From the NCBI RefSeq assembly GCF_000711695.1, contig NW_013547018.1, positions 124,001 through 188,000 of the forward strand: 64,000 bases of DNA, given 5' to 3'. Each line of letters starts with the position of its first letter. Position 1 is the first letter of the stretch. Position numbers and translations under genes: made by a program. Under the pieces are notes generated by a model. The model had not been told where the DNA came from, ran no database searches, and saw only the letters and a program-made list of their open reading frames with translations. Shown one piece after another: positions 53,398 through 64,000 of the stretch. This DNA is from Tilletiaria anomala UBC 951. Lineage: Eukaryota.

Positions 53398-55813
53398 TTA
53401 AGTCTGGCGGTAAAATGCTTGGATTTGTGCACTCGATGGTGTATCTTCGAACGGCATCGGGCCTTCATACTTCGGTGGCTGCTTGAACCGCGCCAGCTCC
53501 TCCATGCAACGCGCAGGATCAACCCTTTCCAGCGCGCTCCTACCCCAGTCGTAGCACCGCACATGAGTGTAGGACCATACGCCATCTGCTACGGGCCCGC
53601 TGCACCCCCTTATGCTGTCGCGTCCGCCATGAAAGGTGGGTGCGATGTACTGCTCTTCGACCATATACGCAGCAGTGTTTGTGAGCACGACGCAGGAACA
53701 CTGGTGCGGTCCCGTGCGATAGTGAGGACCAGGCAACTGCGAGAGCTTGTAGTCACAGATTGCATCTCTCGGTTGCATGTCCAAGTGCCCAAGCTGTTCC
53801 TCCTGGGTCAGTTGGTCAAGCAGGTACACTTTGATGTCTTTGAGCTCACGCGCATGCTTGAAGTCGACCAAGTAAGGCTTTTGAGAGTACCAGAGGGCGC
53901 GACCCGAACACACTGACAGCGCCGTTGGAAGAAAATCGTCTTCTTGGAATTGACGTTGAATCCGTGGCGTGTGCAAACTACGCCACGGATCTCGTAGGAA
54001 GAACACCAACATTTCCGGTTTGTAGTTCGGATCGATGCAGGTTTTTTTGTAATCGCGTAGGACAAATAAAACCATTTCAGAGACGATAAGGAGCGTGTTC
54101 GTCTCTTCACACATGTGAATTGCTTCCCACCCGCGGATATCATGTAGTCTTTGACCCATGTTAAAGAACTAAACGAATTTTGGGATCAGAGAGGGTACTA
54201 CAATACCTAAGTGAGGAACACGCACCTCAAGCCACCGGTGTCTGAGTCTCTCAGGAGGCGTGTCCCTGGTCCTGACATTGACTCCGGACGGTCTGAGGGA
54301 AGCCCCAAGCGCATCCCCGCCAATACTTGTCTTGGCCAAGCGCTCGAACCATCGGCCCGGTGTGGACGCTCCTGGCGGAACCTTGAACTCCATTTGGAAC
54401 CCCGAGGGAATCTTTCCACCCTTCTCGAAATATTTCAGCATACTCCATAGGTATGCTTCCGAAGTGCGATTGAAGATGTGAATATCAAGCTGCCCAGTTC
54501 CAGTGACGAAGAGGTACTGATCGTCAAAATCGATATAAGTCCTGCACACAATGAATCATCATTTCACGCATGATTAACCGCTCCGAGCCTTGGGGATGCC
54601 AATACTCGATGGACCTTGCACCTACAGGCTGAAAGGAGTCAGTCGCGTGGGGGAGATGTCGAGGATTTTGACCTTTTGCTTGGCCTCCAAGTCCCAGAAC
54701 ACGATCTTTTGGTTGGCAGTTGCACTGTGCAAAACGCGAAAGCTGTGAAGCGAGCTCTTAGTGGCGGTCGCTTTACCCGGCCCAACTCACGCTGCGAGAT
54801 AGGGATACTTGAATCGATATGCATGGATGCCCTGCTCATGCGCAAGTACTGCGTACGGTCTGTAGTGGCCTCTACGCGGTGATACAGGCGGGTCATCATA
54901 CTTGGTCTCTGCCTTGTAGACGTAGAACTGGTCGTTGCTATTCTGGGCTGCAAAGGCAATTACTTAACTTTAGCACGGGTCCTTTCTTTGAATGGGTTGT
55001 CAGCCAGTATAAGGAATGGTGAATGGGACGTACCCCACATATCCCAGACGATGAATGTATTATCCGCTTCCAGGTGAGGAAATCGCTTTGTCATTTCTGG
55101 CGGTATACTCCACAGGAGCTCGTGCGTTCTCAGATCAGTCACACGAATACCACCGCCCTTGCCGGTCGATACGATCGTCTGGTCCTCCTGTATGATCTTC
55201 ATGCGCCACAAGTCTTGAAAGACTCCATGGGTTGACCCCCATCCAATCTCGCCATTTGCTGCGTGAAACCTTCGGCAAATTGAGGGGAAGAGGGCTTTTC
55301 CACCGCCTTCGACTCCGTGGTTTGCTGCAAGCGAATCGTCGGGATAACGGAACGGTTGAGCAGCAGCGTCCCAGCCGAGTTGCTTCTCGAGCGCTTCGTA
55401 CGCGATGCAAAACTCCCGCCAGGTTCTTGCCGGAGCAAAATATCGATTCTCGTCGATGAAAGATGCCTTGACTGCCTCCAGAGTCGTATCCAGGTCCTTG
55501 ACCAATTTCCACGTCCATGCAGCCTTATGCCACATTGAGTCATCGTGGCATATCTGGCGCCAAGCTGTAGTGCGAAGCGGTAGAGCGAGCGAAAATCAGT
55601 CGGTCATGACGAAGCAACACATCGTTGTATCCTTCCCGGTGACCAAGGAAGCGACCTGATGTGGCGAACCTCCACGAAGAGGGGTGGCACGCAATTGAAC
55701 GCACCTCTGGACACGCCAGAAGCCAACTCCAAATCCGCTGCATTTAGAAGCCCGCACGAGAAGATGCCCGTGGCGATCTCATATGGCAGCTGCGCCAGAC
55801 TGTCGACAGACAT
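53398..55813 (-). CDS. F-box domain protein, multi-exon
   Basis: N-terminal LAQLPYEIATGIFSCGLLNAADLELASGVSR (F-box-like); downstream beta-rich exons (STGKGGGIRVTDL...LLWSI, YIDFDDQYLFV). Confidence 0.65.
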
Positions 55814-56433
55814 GATGCGAAGACCGAGATTAGTACAGATACAGAGCCCTTGCCCTTGCTCTCGGGTTTCCTCTTCTTCCCACAACGTGATCGAATCCGC
55901 GGTGCATCCAACCCGGCTACAATGCCCGCCTTGAGAAGATTGGGTGTATCCTGATTCTTGTTCCTTAAGGCTGCCGCCCCTGATCGCGGCAAGCACTATC
56001 TCCTTGTTACTGATACATTGAGAAAGGACACGGACCTCAGCACCCGAGTCGAGTCTGATTCGGGTAGTAGCTCATGAGTTCGCCTGCGAATCCGAACGAA
56101 GGTATGTCCTGCTGAATGCAACACACGTCGAAGCCGCCACTTGGGAACACTCCTCCCAGTGTACATCTTTAAACTGTGCATAGATGGTACATATATGTTA
56201 ACGGTGTTATAGTCACAAAAGGGATTGTATTTGTATTCAAAGTTACGCCACAGCCCATAGGCTATGTATGACCCACCCGGCCCCAGCTATCGCGCAGCAC
56301 ACCAGGAGGAATAAGCGGTTCGTCATCATGCCAGTCACAGTTTTCAGCGGTTAGGTCTCGCTAGGAGATGAGATGACAATGTCATCGACATTGCAAAGGG
56401 ACGGCGCTCCCCATCCTATATTTTCTCCTTCGA

Positions 56434-57895
56434 TCACAACTTTGCTTTCACAGCACCAGTGCTCGCCTTTATGATCTTCAACGCGCCGTCAGCAACGATA
56501 GGGAACATGCTCCCGTACTCCTTGGCTTTTGCACTGCTCGCTTGCCCCGCAGCCGAGCGAGCCGCGATTCCTTGCGCGATGACGGCGAGGCGGAACCAGG
56601 CCCATGCTTCGCAGAATGTCCAGTTGGGGATAGGATATTCACAGCGAGCTGCCTCACAGTACTCTTTCAGCAGCTCCTCTTTAACGGGTACAGGTGACTG
56701 AGCGGGTGTGAGGTTGCCAAGCATGAGCCAGAAGTCGCCGCGCTGCCTTGATCGCTCCAATTCATCTGGGTCCGAGACCTTGGAAGGGGTTGAGCATGGC
56801 AGTGAGAATGGCTGTAGTAGGTTGGCCAGATCTGATAGAGGGTGGCCCAATGTGGAAAGCTCCCAGTCCAAAATTCCAATGACGCGTGGCTCGGTCGGAT
56901 GGAAGACCTGTGTGGATTTCATGATGACGATTGCGTCAACGAGATGCAAGCTTGCAAGAAGCAGCTTCGGTAGCACTCACAATGTTGTCGATCTTGTAGT
57001 CGCCGTGGCAGATGGTGTTTTTGTCCTTGGGCAGGTTCTGTGCAAACCATTTGGCCATATCTTCGAATGACGGGATCGGTCCGACAGGTTTGCCCGTCTT
57101 CTTATCTTTGACTTTGCCCTGTGCCACACTGACGCCGCCCAAGCTCTTGAGCTGACGCTGATAGAAGTTGGCAAGTTTGCCGTACCCGTCCAATCCGATC
57201 GCTGTGGGGTTGATCCGATGCATGGCAGCAAGTGTCTTAATGGCAGCAAACCAGCACGCTGCACGCTCCTCCTTTGGCAGCATGAGCATTCGTACGTCGC
57301 TGAAGATCCTGCCTTTCAAAAACTCCATAATGTAAAAAGGGGTGCCGAGTACCGAGTTGTCTTCACAGAGACAGTAGACTTCTGGGACAGGGACTGCATC
57401 TGGATGCAGCATGTTCCCATAAATAGGGGCTGCTTGATTATGCTTTCCGATCGCTAAGAGTATACGATACTCACGCTCGACAGCGTGAGCTGTCGCAGAG
57501 ACTAGCTGCCCAGGGGGCTTCTTGCGTAGAACATAATGCTTTCCGCTGAGTGACAGATACCAAAAGAACATGAAGACCAGCGCTTTGGATCTCAGCTTCA
57601 GAACTCCGGACAAGAGTCTGCACTCACTTTCGATCGATGAGAATGTAAGTGGGATTGGATTGCCCATAGGAAAACTGCTTCACGTCGACCGGAGCAGAGA
57701 TGGCTGGGACGCAGGCTGTGATGGCATGAGCGACAGCGCGAAAAATGCCACTAGTGCCAATAAGCACCGCCACCGAAACGGAATAATCTGGAGCAGGGAT
57801 GACCCACACTTTAGATACTCATTGAGTTTATCATTATCAATGCTCTGCCGCACCTCTCCATACTCTTGACCGATCTTGCTTTGCTCCTCAGACAT
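56434..57895 (-). CDS. APH-family phosphotransferase similar to the ACAD10/11 N-terminal domain; probably peroxisomal
   Basis: KQFSYGQSNPTY, YVLRKKPPGQL...AHAVEREYRIL, GTPFYIMEFLKGRIF, ICHGDYKIDN, GILDWELSTLGHPLSDLAN; C-terminal AKL (PTS1). Confidence 0.92.
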
Positions 57896-58567
57896 CTTAA
57901 TTGCGAATCGCAATTCCAGGTTTGACGGAACCGAGGTCAGGGGGAAGAGAAAGGAAGGCTCGGCTGTTTCTGGTCTTGAAGGATTGCCCTGCTGTCTATG
58001 GACGCCTGAATAGCTCGAGGGTTGCTGGATCTTTCCTGAGCAGCGAAGAGACAAATGTATTCGCATGTGAAGCAGGTCCGGGAGTTCGAAATGACAAGCG
58101 CTAGGTCAACCCGCCTCCACCGACATGACAAGGTCAAGTTGGCCATGCGTACATACTCACCGGCCGGCCGGCGCGAGACGAGTTGCCGGTTGGTGGGCGG
58201 GGCGGGCAGGCACACAACTCCTGCGTGGCGGTCCGACATCGGCGGAAGTCGATAAGACGGGACTCGGAAGTCGGAACCCATCGTGGCTCATTGGACGTTA
58301 ACAAAGATCCCATCTCGCTCACCTGAGCTTCTGCATTCTCATGAAGTTGTGACTATACCGGCGGGTACCTTTGGCCGCACGCTTCTCGTAGGGTAGATAG
58401 CTTCCGACAGATTGATCGAAGAGGCCAGCCGCCGCATTTCTGAGCCTCGGAGTGTTTATCCTCAATACCTAAAATGAGCGTTCAGGTCCGATGAGGACGC
58501 TGCACGCCATGCACCAGCATCGAACCGGTTCCATCTCTTTGGCACTTTCGACGGGCGGTCTGCTACC

Positions 58568-61500
58568 ATGAGCATAGCGCTATTTGTTTCTGCGACCACG
58601 CCGAGACCGATTGCGCTGGCATGTCGAGCTTGCATTCGCTCGTCCGCAATATCAGCTGCGCAGGCTGCCTGTGCAAATGAAGCTAATCAGTCCTCGGCAG
58701 CCCGCCAACGCGATGCCTCTAGACTATGGCACCAGCAATGGCGGCCATTTGGCACTAATGCGAGCCCGTCCCAGACTTTCGACTCTCTCGCCTCCTCTTC
58801 ATCACGTAACATCAGTGAAACCCACATCAAGACGAAGAAGACACCGCTGGATTACGGAAAACTTCGGCGAGCTCTGCTCGGGGGTGACGATCCTTCGCTG
58901 CAACGTCCCCCCAAAGAAGATGCGCCAGTCTCGCGCAAGACCATATCTGCTCATCGCTACGCTCTGCGTGCAATGCATCTTCGTCGACTTGACGCCGCAC
59001 TTTCCTCGTCATCGCCAAATCCCGAGGTCATTGAGCGGCATTTCTACGCTTTCTGCGAACAGCACGACGTCTGTACTGGGGGAACACCGGAGGAAATACC
59101 TGCAGTTCTACTGCTATCTGCTAGACAGCTGAACCGTATGCTGAGCATATGGGCTGCACCACCTGGTCTTGAAGACCTCTTGGAGGTAGAAATGCGGCGG
59201 GAAGGTCATGTTCCAGGCGAATTCGCGTCCGAAGAAGCAGAAGCAACGGTGGAAAGAAAGACGGAACGCGGTGCAAAGAAGGCTGTGAAACGCTGCATGG
59301 CTTTGCTAGAGACCATTCGCATGGCATTACTTGTCGAGACATCACTCAAGAGCGATCCACTACGAGTGGTGCAACGCTCTCAAGGCCTTCTGCAAGATCT
59401 GTTGCTTTCACCTCAGCTCGGCCCGAGGCCGGCAAATGCAACACCCCAAATCCTGCTGTTGGACCGCCTCCTACACCTCGTGCTGAATCGCTCGCGAACA
59501 ATCAGTACGCTGCATCTCTTTGAAGCCTTACAAATTGTTCGCCTGGTTCTTCCTTCACCTTTTCCATACAATCATGACCCGGAAATGCTTACGGCGGGGA
59601 AACGGCAGAACCAGCAAATCAGGGTTCGTTTCAAGAATAGCATACAATTACGCACTTACAAGCTGCTTCTCACGGCAGTCGCGCGCACTGTGCCTCGCAT
59701 AGGATCGAGCCTGGGGGTGCTTGGCTACGACAGTGACCGCATCACACCTGAGGAGATGCAGTGGCGGGTGAAAGAAGTGATCAAATGCTTGCGTTCGACA
59801 TCCAGGGACAACCCGAAAGAAATAGAGACGCCCCAGAAGCTGGAGCAGAAACCTTCTGAGGAGCTGGCAGCGCTTACACAGAATCACCATACCACTCGCA
59901 GACTGAAGCGACGCTTGTCGCGCTCAGCAAATACCCGTCAGCTCGAAGTGAAAGCCTCACACGCAGATGCCTTCGATGTCCTCGAAAGCCTACTTGAACA
60001 GACACGCACATTCGAATGGACCGCGGATAAGGCTCTTGCTGTCATTTCTGCCTTATGCGAAGATTTGCGCTCTCACATCAAGCTGGCTTCGCCTGGGTCA
60101 GCAGAGGCGGGCCCTGATCATCGCAAGATCTTTGACAAGTCCACCTACAACGCATTGCTCATCTTTGCGATGCGTTCGCACACCCTCGAGGCTGTGCCTC
60201 TCATCATTGCTAGGGCGGTCAAGCGAGGGCAAGCGGACGTCACACTGTTTAATACATTCATGGCGCATCTGCCCAACTTGCAGCCCAGAGTTCAGGACCA
60301 AAGTATGAGTCAGGAGGACACGGCGCAACCGGACCATCTGACTAGCTCAAGCACATGGGCGAACGAGCTAGTGATCGTCCGACTCATCTACGAAGCCATG
60401 CGCGACAATCTCATCTTGTTTGAACTTGAGACCCTGCGGGCACGGCCGGGAGCAGCTGCAAGAAATCGCAAGCAGTACGCGGACTACGACGATCCGCTTT
60501 CCGCGTTCGTTATGGCAGGGCGTGAGCACGAATTCGGGCCTGATCCCAATTTTGAAGACGGTCGTACGGGCAACGGTATGATCGCATCTCCTCCACCGAG
60601 AGACTTGCCGCTCGCTCAGCGCCAGCTGCGAGGCATGCTCGGCATTGCAAAGCTTCCGTTGCACGTCATTCCGAATGCAGAGACGTACGCTCTGCTCGTC
60701 AAGTCGCTCAGCTGGCACGGAGACCTGCAAGGCGCAATCGGCATAATCGAAGACATGGTGCAGACGCCGATAAATTCGGGCTACCACCGTCGCCGCGTTG
60801 CTCACGCTGATGTTCCCAAAGCTCGAGACGATTCGCAACCGCAGGAAGACTTTTTCACCTCTCAGCCTGACGCCAACCGAAGCGAGGAGAACGAAGAGAC
60901 CTTTCTCCCCGGCCTCGACATCTACGACAGCCTTTTCCGTGGCTTTGCTCGACACAGCGTGCCTGGGCGCCTCGACTACCTCAACGAGCATTCCTTGTCG
61001 CACTCTCGCTGGCAGATCGATGACTCAACACCCAGTGATTGGAACGTCAACTCCTTCGGCGATATCTTCGAGTCCTTCTTGCAGCTTCGTCCCCGCCACT
61101 CTCCGCGTCGGGCAGGCTGGGTGGATCCATACAGCAGCGGCACCGCGAGTCAGATCGACGACGGTGGGCAATTGACGTCTTGCTCTTCTGCTCCAGTCGC
61201 TGTTTCAGCGGTACCAGCCCTTTACAAGCCACGCAAAGCCGTCGACATCGACACTCTCGCACCGTCGACCAACCAGTTTTTCTGGCTGCTGACGGCTCTG
61301 CGTCGCGTCAGTGGCGACCACGCGCGGTGGACACTGCTGCAGTGGTCGCGCGCCTGGACCAAGTTCTCTGCCGTACCATGGGAAAGCCTGGCGCGCGAGA
61401 TGGAGCTGGAGCGTAAGGCAAAGCCAAGGTACCAGAATGCACTGCCTATTGCTGCAGGGAAGGCTTTGCCTGTGCAGCTAGGTGTGTTCTCCGTCGACGC

Positions 61501-61786
61501 GAAGAAACGAGGTGAGGAGGACACGGATGGGCACGTAGGTGCAGGCGGAGGCGAGAGCGCAGAGGGCCTACAGTTGAGCAACGGGCCACGCGTTAAAGGA
61601 GGTGGACCGAGGCGAACGGTTCGTGCGGATGTCGGAATAAGGAATATGCGCATCGCAAGCGGGGAAAAGGCCATGTGGATGGACATGTCGATTCCGGAGC
61701 AAGACCGGGCAGGGGGCGCGTGGGTGCTTGCCATGCTCAATGCACGTCTCGTGCGTGTGCTCATGTATCTCAGACAGCGACTATGA
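58568..61786 (+). CDS. Probable mitochondrial PPR-like helical-repeat protein (1072 aa, intronless)
   Basis: Presequence-like N-terminus; PPR-like motifs DKSTYNALL, DVTLFNTFM, PNAETYALLVKSLSWHGDLQGAIGIIEDM, PGLDIYDSLFRGFAR. Confidence 0.7.
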   Translation: MSIALFVSATTPRPIALACRACIRSSAISAAQAACANEANQSSAARQRDASRLWHQQWRPFGTNASPSQTFDSLASSSSRNISETHIKTKKTPLDYGKLRRALLGGDDPSLQRPPKEDAPVSRKTISAHRYALRAMHLRRLDAALSSSSPNPEVIERHFYAFCEQHDVCTGGTPEEIPAVLLLSARQLNRMLSIWAAPPGLEDLLEVEMRREGHVPGEFASEEAEATVERKTERGAKKAVKRCMALLETIRMALLVETSLKSDPLRVVQRSQGLLQDLLLSPQLGPRPANATPQILLLDRLLHLVLNRSRTISTLHLFEALQIVRLVLPSPFPYNHDPEMLTAGKRQNQQIRVRFKNSIQLRTYKLLLTAVARTVPRIGSSLGVLGYDSDRITPEEMQWRVKEVIKCLRSTSRDNPKEIETPQKLEQKPSEELAALTQNHHTTRRLKRRLSRSANTRQLEVKASHADAFDVLESLLEQTRTFEWTADKALAVISALCEDLRSHIKLASPGSAEAGPDHRKIFDKSTYNALLIFAMRSHTLEAVPLIIARAVKRGQADVTLFNTFMAHLPNLQPRVQDQSMSQEDTAQPDHLTSSSTWANELVIVRLIYEAMRDNLILFELETLRARPGAAARNRKQYADYDDPLSAFVMAGREHEFGPDPNFEDGRTGNGMIASPPPRDLPLAQRQLRGMLGIAKLPLHVIPNAETYALLVKSLSWHGDLQGAIGIIEDMVQTPINSGYHRRRVAHADVPKARDDSQPQEDFFTSQPDANRSEENEETFLPGLDIYDSLFRGFARHSVPGRLDYLNEHSLSHSRWQIDDSTPSDWNVNSFGDIFESFLQLRPRHSPRRAGWVDPYSSGTASQIDDGGQLTSCSSAPVAVSAVPALYKPRKAVDIDTLAPSTNQFFWLLTALRRVSGDHARWTLLQWSRAWTKFSAVPWESLAREMELERKAKPRYQNALPIAAGKALPVQLGVFSVDAKKRGEEDTDGHVGAGGGESAEGLQLSNGPRVKGGGPRRTVRADVGIRNMRIASGEKAMWMDMSIPEQDRAGGAWVLAMLNARLVRVLMYLRQRL

Positions 61787-61928
61787 CAACAACTACGTAA
61801 AGCTGCACTTGGCCCTGATTTTCCTCGGACTCGCCCACTGCTCCGAGAAGGTAAACCCAAGTTTTCACATAGAAGACAATTCAATGCGCATAGTACAGAG
61901 TGAAATCAATCGCACCAGGGCTAAAACC

Positions 61929-63001
61929 TTAGTCAGACCCAGAGGCACGGGCTAGAGGAAGCAGGACATTGGAATTGTGATCAGTATTTTTGTTCAATTG
62001 AATTGGCTGAGCTAGCGTAAAGACACTCACTGTAGACAAGTTGCCCGTGGTGGTGGATGATCCTCTTGATCTGGCCCTCCTTCTCGAGGTGGCGGATCGC
62101 CCGGCGAGCGAGAGAACCGTTGACTTTGAGACGGTCGATCAGAGTCGACTGCGAGATCATCTTGAACGTTGGCACCTCCTTGAGGATCTTGTCGTATGTG
62201 GGCTTGTCGAGGACGACAGAGTTTTGGGCCTGCGATCAGTGGGTCAATAGTACTGTCAGCAGCCCACTCGTGTGCGCTAGGCAAGCAATACGCACCTTGT
62301 CCTTGACCTTGCCCTTGCTCCACTTCTTCTTCTTGGAAGTCTTTGTCGCCGAAGCGAGAATGGCGGCCTTCTTGGGTGGCACTGTTGGTGAACGAGAGAG
62401 AAGGTATTCAATAATCTGAAACAGGCTCTGTGGGATTGGCATGCTCGCAGCATGCATGCAGCGTGCGATCTGAACAAGCGAGGCAGCGCAGCAACCAACC
62501 CAGAGCCCAGGATAAGCTAGTTGTTCAGATCTAGCGCCGCCACAATGCGTGACATGGTGCCCCACAACCACTGTTGGCTTCCTTGCCTTTGTATCGAAAG
62601 TGCACAGAGTTTCCCAGGCTGATTTCCGTGCTCAGCAATGGCAAGGAGGGCGCAGCTGAAGAGAGCATGGAGGAAGAAGGCCGGATGTGCAGGCTTGAAG
62701 GTGGCACTGATTCCACCTTGAAGAACGCCCTGCTCGGCAGCCCCAGCCATGCTCGCCTTTAAGCTCATTCTCGATTAGCTCCTCAATCTGAGCTTCCCAA
62801 GACGGCTTCAGGCATCGCACTTCAAATCCAGCCTTGCAATTTCGCTTAGGACATCCTATCCCCAGCCCAGCAAGTGATGCCGCTTCTATCCACAAGCTCT
62901 TGCCCCTCCTTGCTTCCGCTAATGGCTCTGCTGGTGCGCTTTCCTGCCAGGAGCAGCTGCCGCAGTGCATGCTGCGATTCAAGCATGTTGCTAGACTCAC
63001 T
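61929..63001 (-). CDS. RPS25: 40S ribosomal protein eS25
   Basis: PPKK...KKKKWSKGKVKDK|AQNSVVLDKPTYDKILKEVP...LKVNGSLARRAI...HHGQLVY|TRASGSD*; ATG split A|TG by intron 63000-62382. Confidence 0.95.
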
Positions 63002-63708
63002 TTTGACAAATTGCTGTGCGAAAGACCGAAGCAAAGATGGAAGGTAGAAAGAGAGATGAAAGAGAAAAAAAGCGTCGAGCGTGCTCGCTCGTCCAGGTGG
63101 TTGGTTGGGCGGCGGCGCGGCAAGTTCAGGCGAGCGCACAACCGTCTGTGCCTGCCAGGATGGAGTAGGGTTGTTCATCCTTCCAGCCGCAGTTTATTCA
63201 GCCCTCGCGTCCCTCATATCGATGGGGATGGAAAGTGTCGGTGCAACTCAAGTGCAGCACGTGATCAACGCTTCGGCGCCGAGACCGGGTGCACGGACCC
63301 CTCCCGGCGCCACTTGAATTTTCGTTGCCGGCTGTACGGAAGCGGGGCGATGCCATGTGCGTCATCTCTCCCAGATAGGCTGGGTGCTGCGCTAAGTGTA
63401 CCGTGCAGCAAATGGACACATTCCTGGTCAGCACGAGCGGATGAGGCAAGCGCAGCAGGCAGCGTATTGCAATCCCGGATGGGCGGCTAGGGCCAGTCAC
63501 CTTGGACCGTACCCGTTTCATCGGCTCAGCAGAGTTGTCGCTCTACGGGGGTACATCTGGGAGTTGCGTGTGAGATACATATACTCGTAGTATCCATCAT
63601 ACGGCGACATTGCTTTGTCTGCTTTCATCGTCCCCTAGCTCATGTGCGCAGCCCGTTAAGAAAATATGCAGGCACCTTGATAACTGCGAGGAGACACTGT
63701 CGATCAAA

Positions 63709-64000
63709 ATGCAGCTCAAGTTGTCCCACCTGCTGCTCGTCGCAGCAGCGGCCACCAATATCGCAGCCGTCCCAGCTGCACAGTCGCCCCCCCAAATCGA
63801 GTTTCCGGCAGGAGGCTCATCGTCCTTCTCCGCGCCCATTGGCGTCTTCGGACACTTTATCTGGCCTGGTGGAAAGGTCGTGAATGCGATCTCTTCGCTC
63901 CTCTCCTCGGCGCATGCAACAGCAGGAGCAGGTGTCGTGGAAGAGGTCAAGCAGGCGGCTGCCACCTCAGCCACATCGTCGTGCCACGTCCACTTTACTC
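63709..64000 (+). CDS. Secreted protein, 5' part only (open to the window end)
   Basis: caaaATG context; MQLKLSHLLLVAAAATNIAA-VPAAQSPPQIEF signal peptide; no stop before 64000. Confidence 0.65.
   Translation, partial: MQLKLSHLLLVAAAATNIAAVPAAQSPPQIEFPAGGSSSFSAPIGVFGHFIWPGGKVVNAISSLLSSAHATAGAGVVEEVKQAAATSATSSCHVHFT

Noticed and set aside
1..64000. Prokaryotic-type systems (CRISPR arrays, operons), intact transposons, tRNA or rRNA genes
   Set aside because: None seen; the sequence is spliced fungal nuclear DNA with no transposase or reverse-transcriptase motifs and no repeat-spacer arrays

Overview
Gene-dense eukaryotic genomic DNA with short GT-AG introns and CTRAC-type branch points. It is fungal, most likely a basidiomycete of the Ustilaginomycotina (inferred from protein style and intron structure). 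About 25 mostly housekeeping genes were recognised by manual splicing: ARP4, a WTAP/Mum2-like protein, RNA15/CstF-64 (polyQ), PFD1, a Yap-type bZIP, mitochondrial bL12 and uS11, CDT1, a Cys-rich/TM/SH3 receptor-like protein, RAD21, NIPSNAP, RFA2, a Gfo/Idh/MocA dehydrogenase, SGS1, PIG-X, a mitochondrial ketoacid-dehydrogenase kinase, RPA190, VMA9, an alpha/beta hydrolase, an F-box protein, an ACAD10-like phosphotransferase, a PPR-like protein, RPS25 and the start of a secreted protein. Signals not visible in the ORF track: (1) a near full-length, intron-retaining, heavily disabled OTU1 deubiquitinase pseudogene at about 32.1-33.5 kb; (2) MCB (ACGCGT) boxes upstream of four S-phase genes (CDT1, RAD21, RFA2, SGS1); (3) an RPS25 start codon split by a 619-nt structured intron; (4) a duplicated cleavage-site plus ELPPLED module in Rad21. 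No intact mobile element, tRNA, rRNA or CRISPR array was seen, and I cannot claim a wholly new biological system. All family calls come from motif recognition by eye, not database searches.
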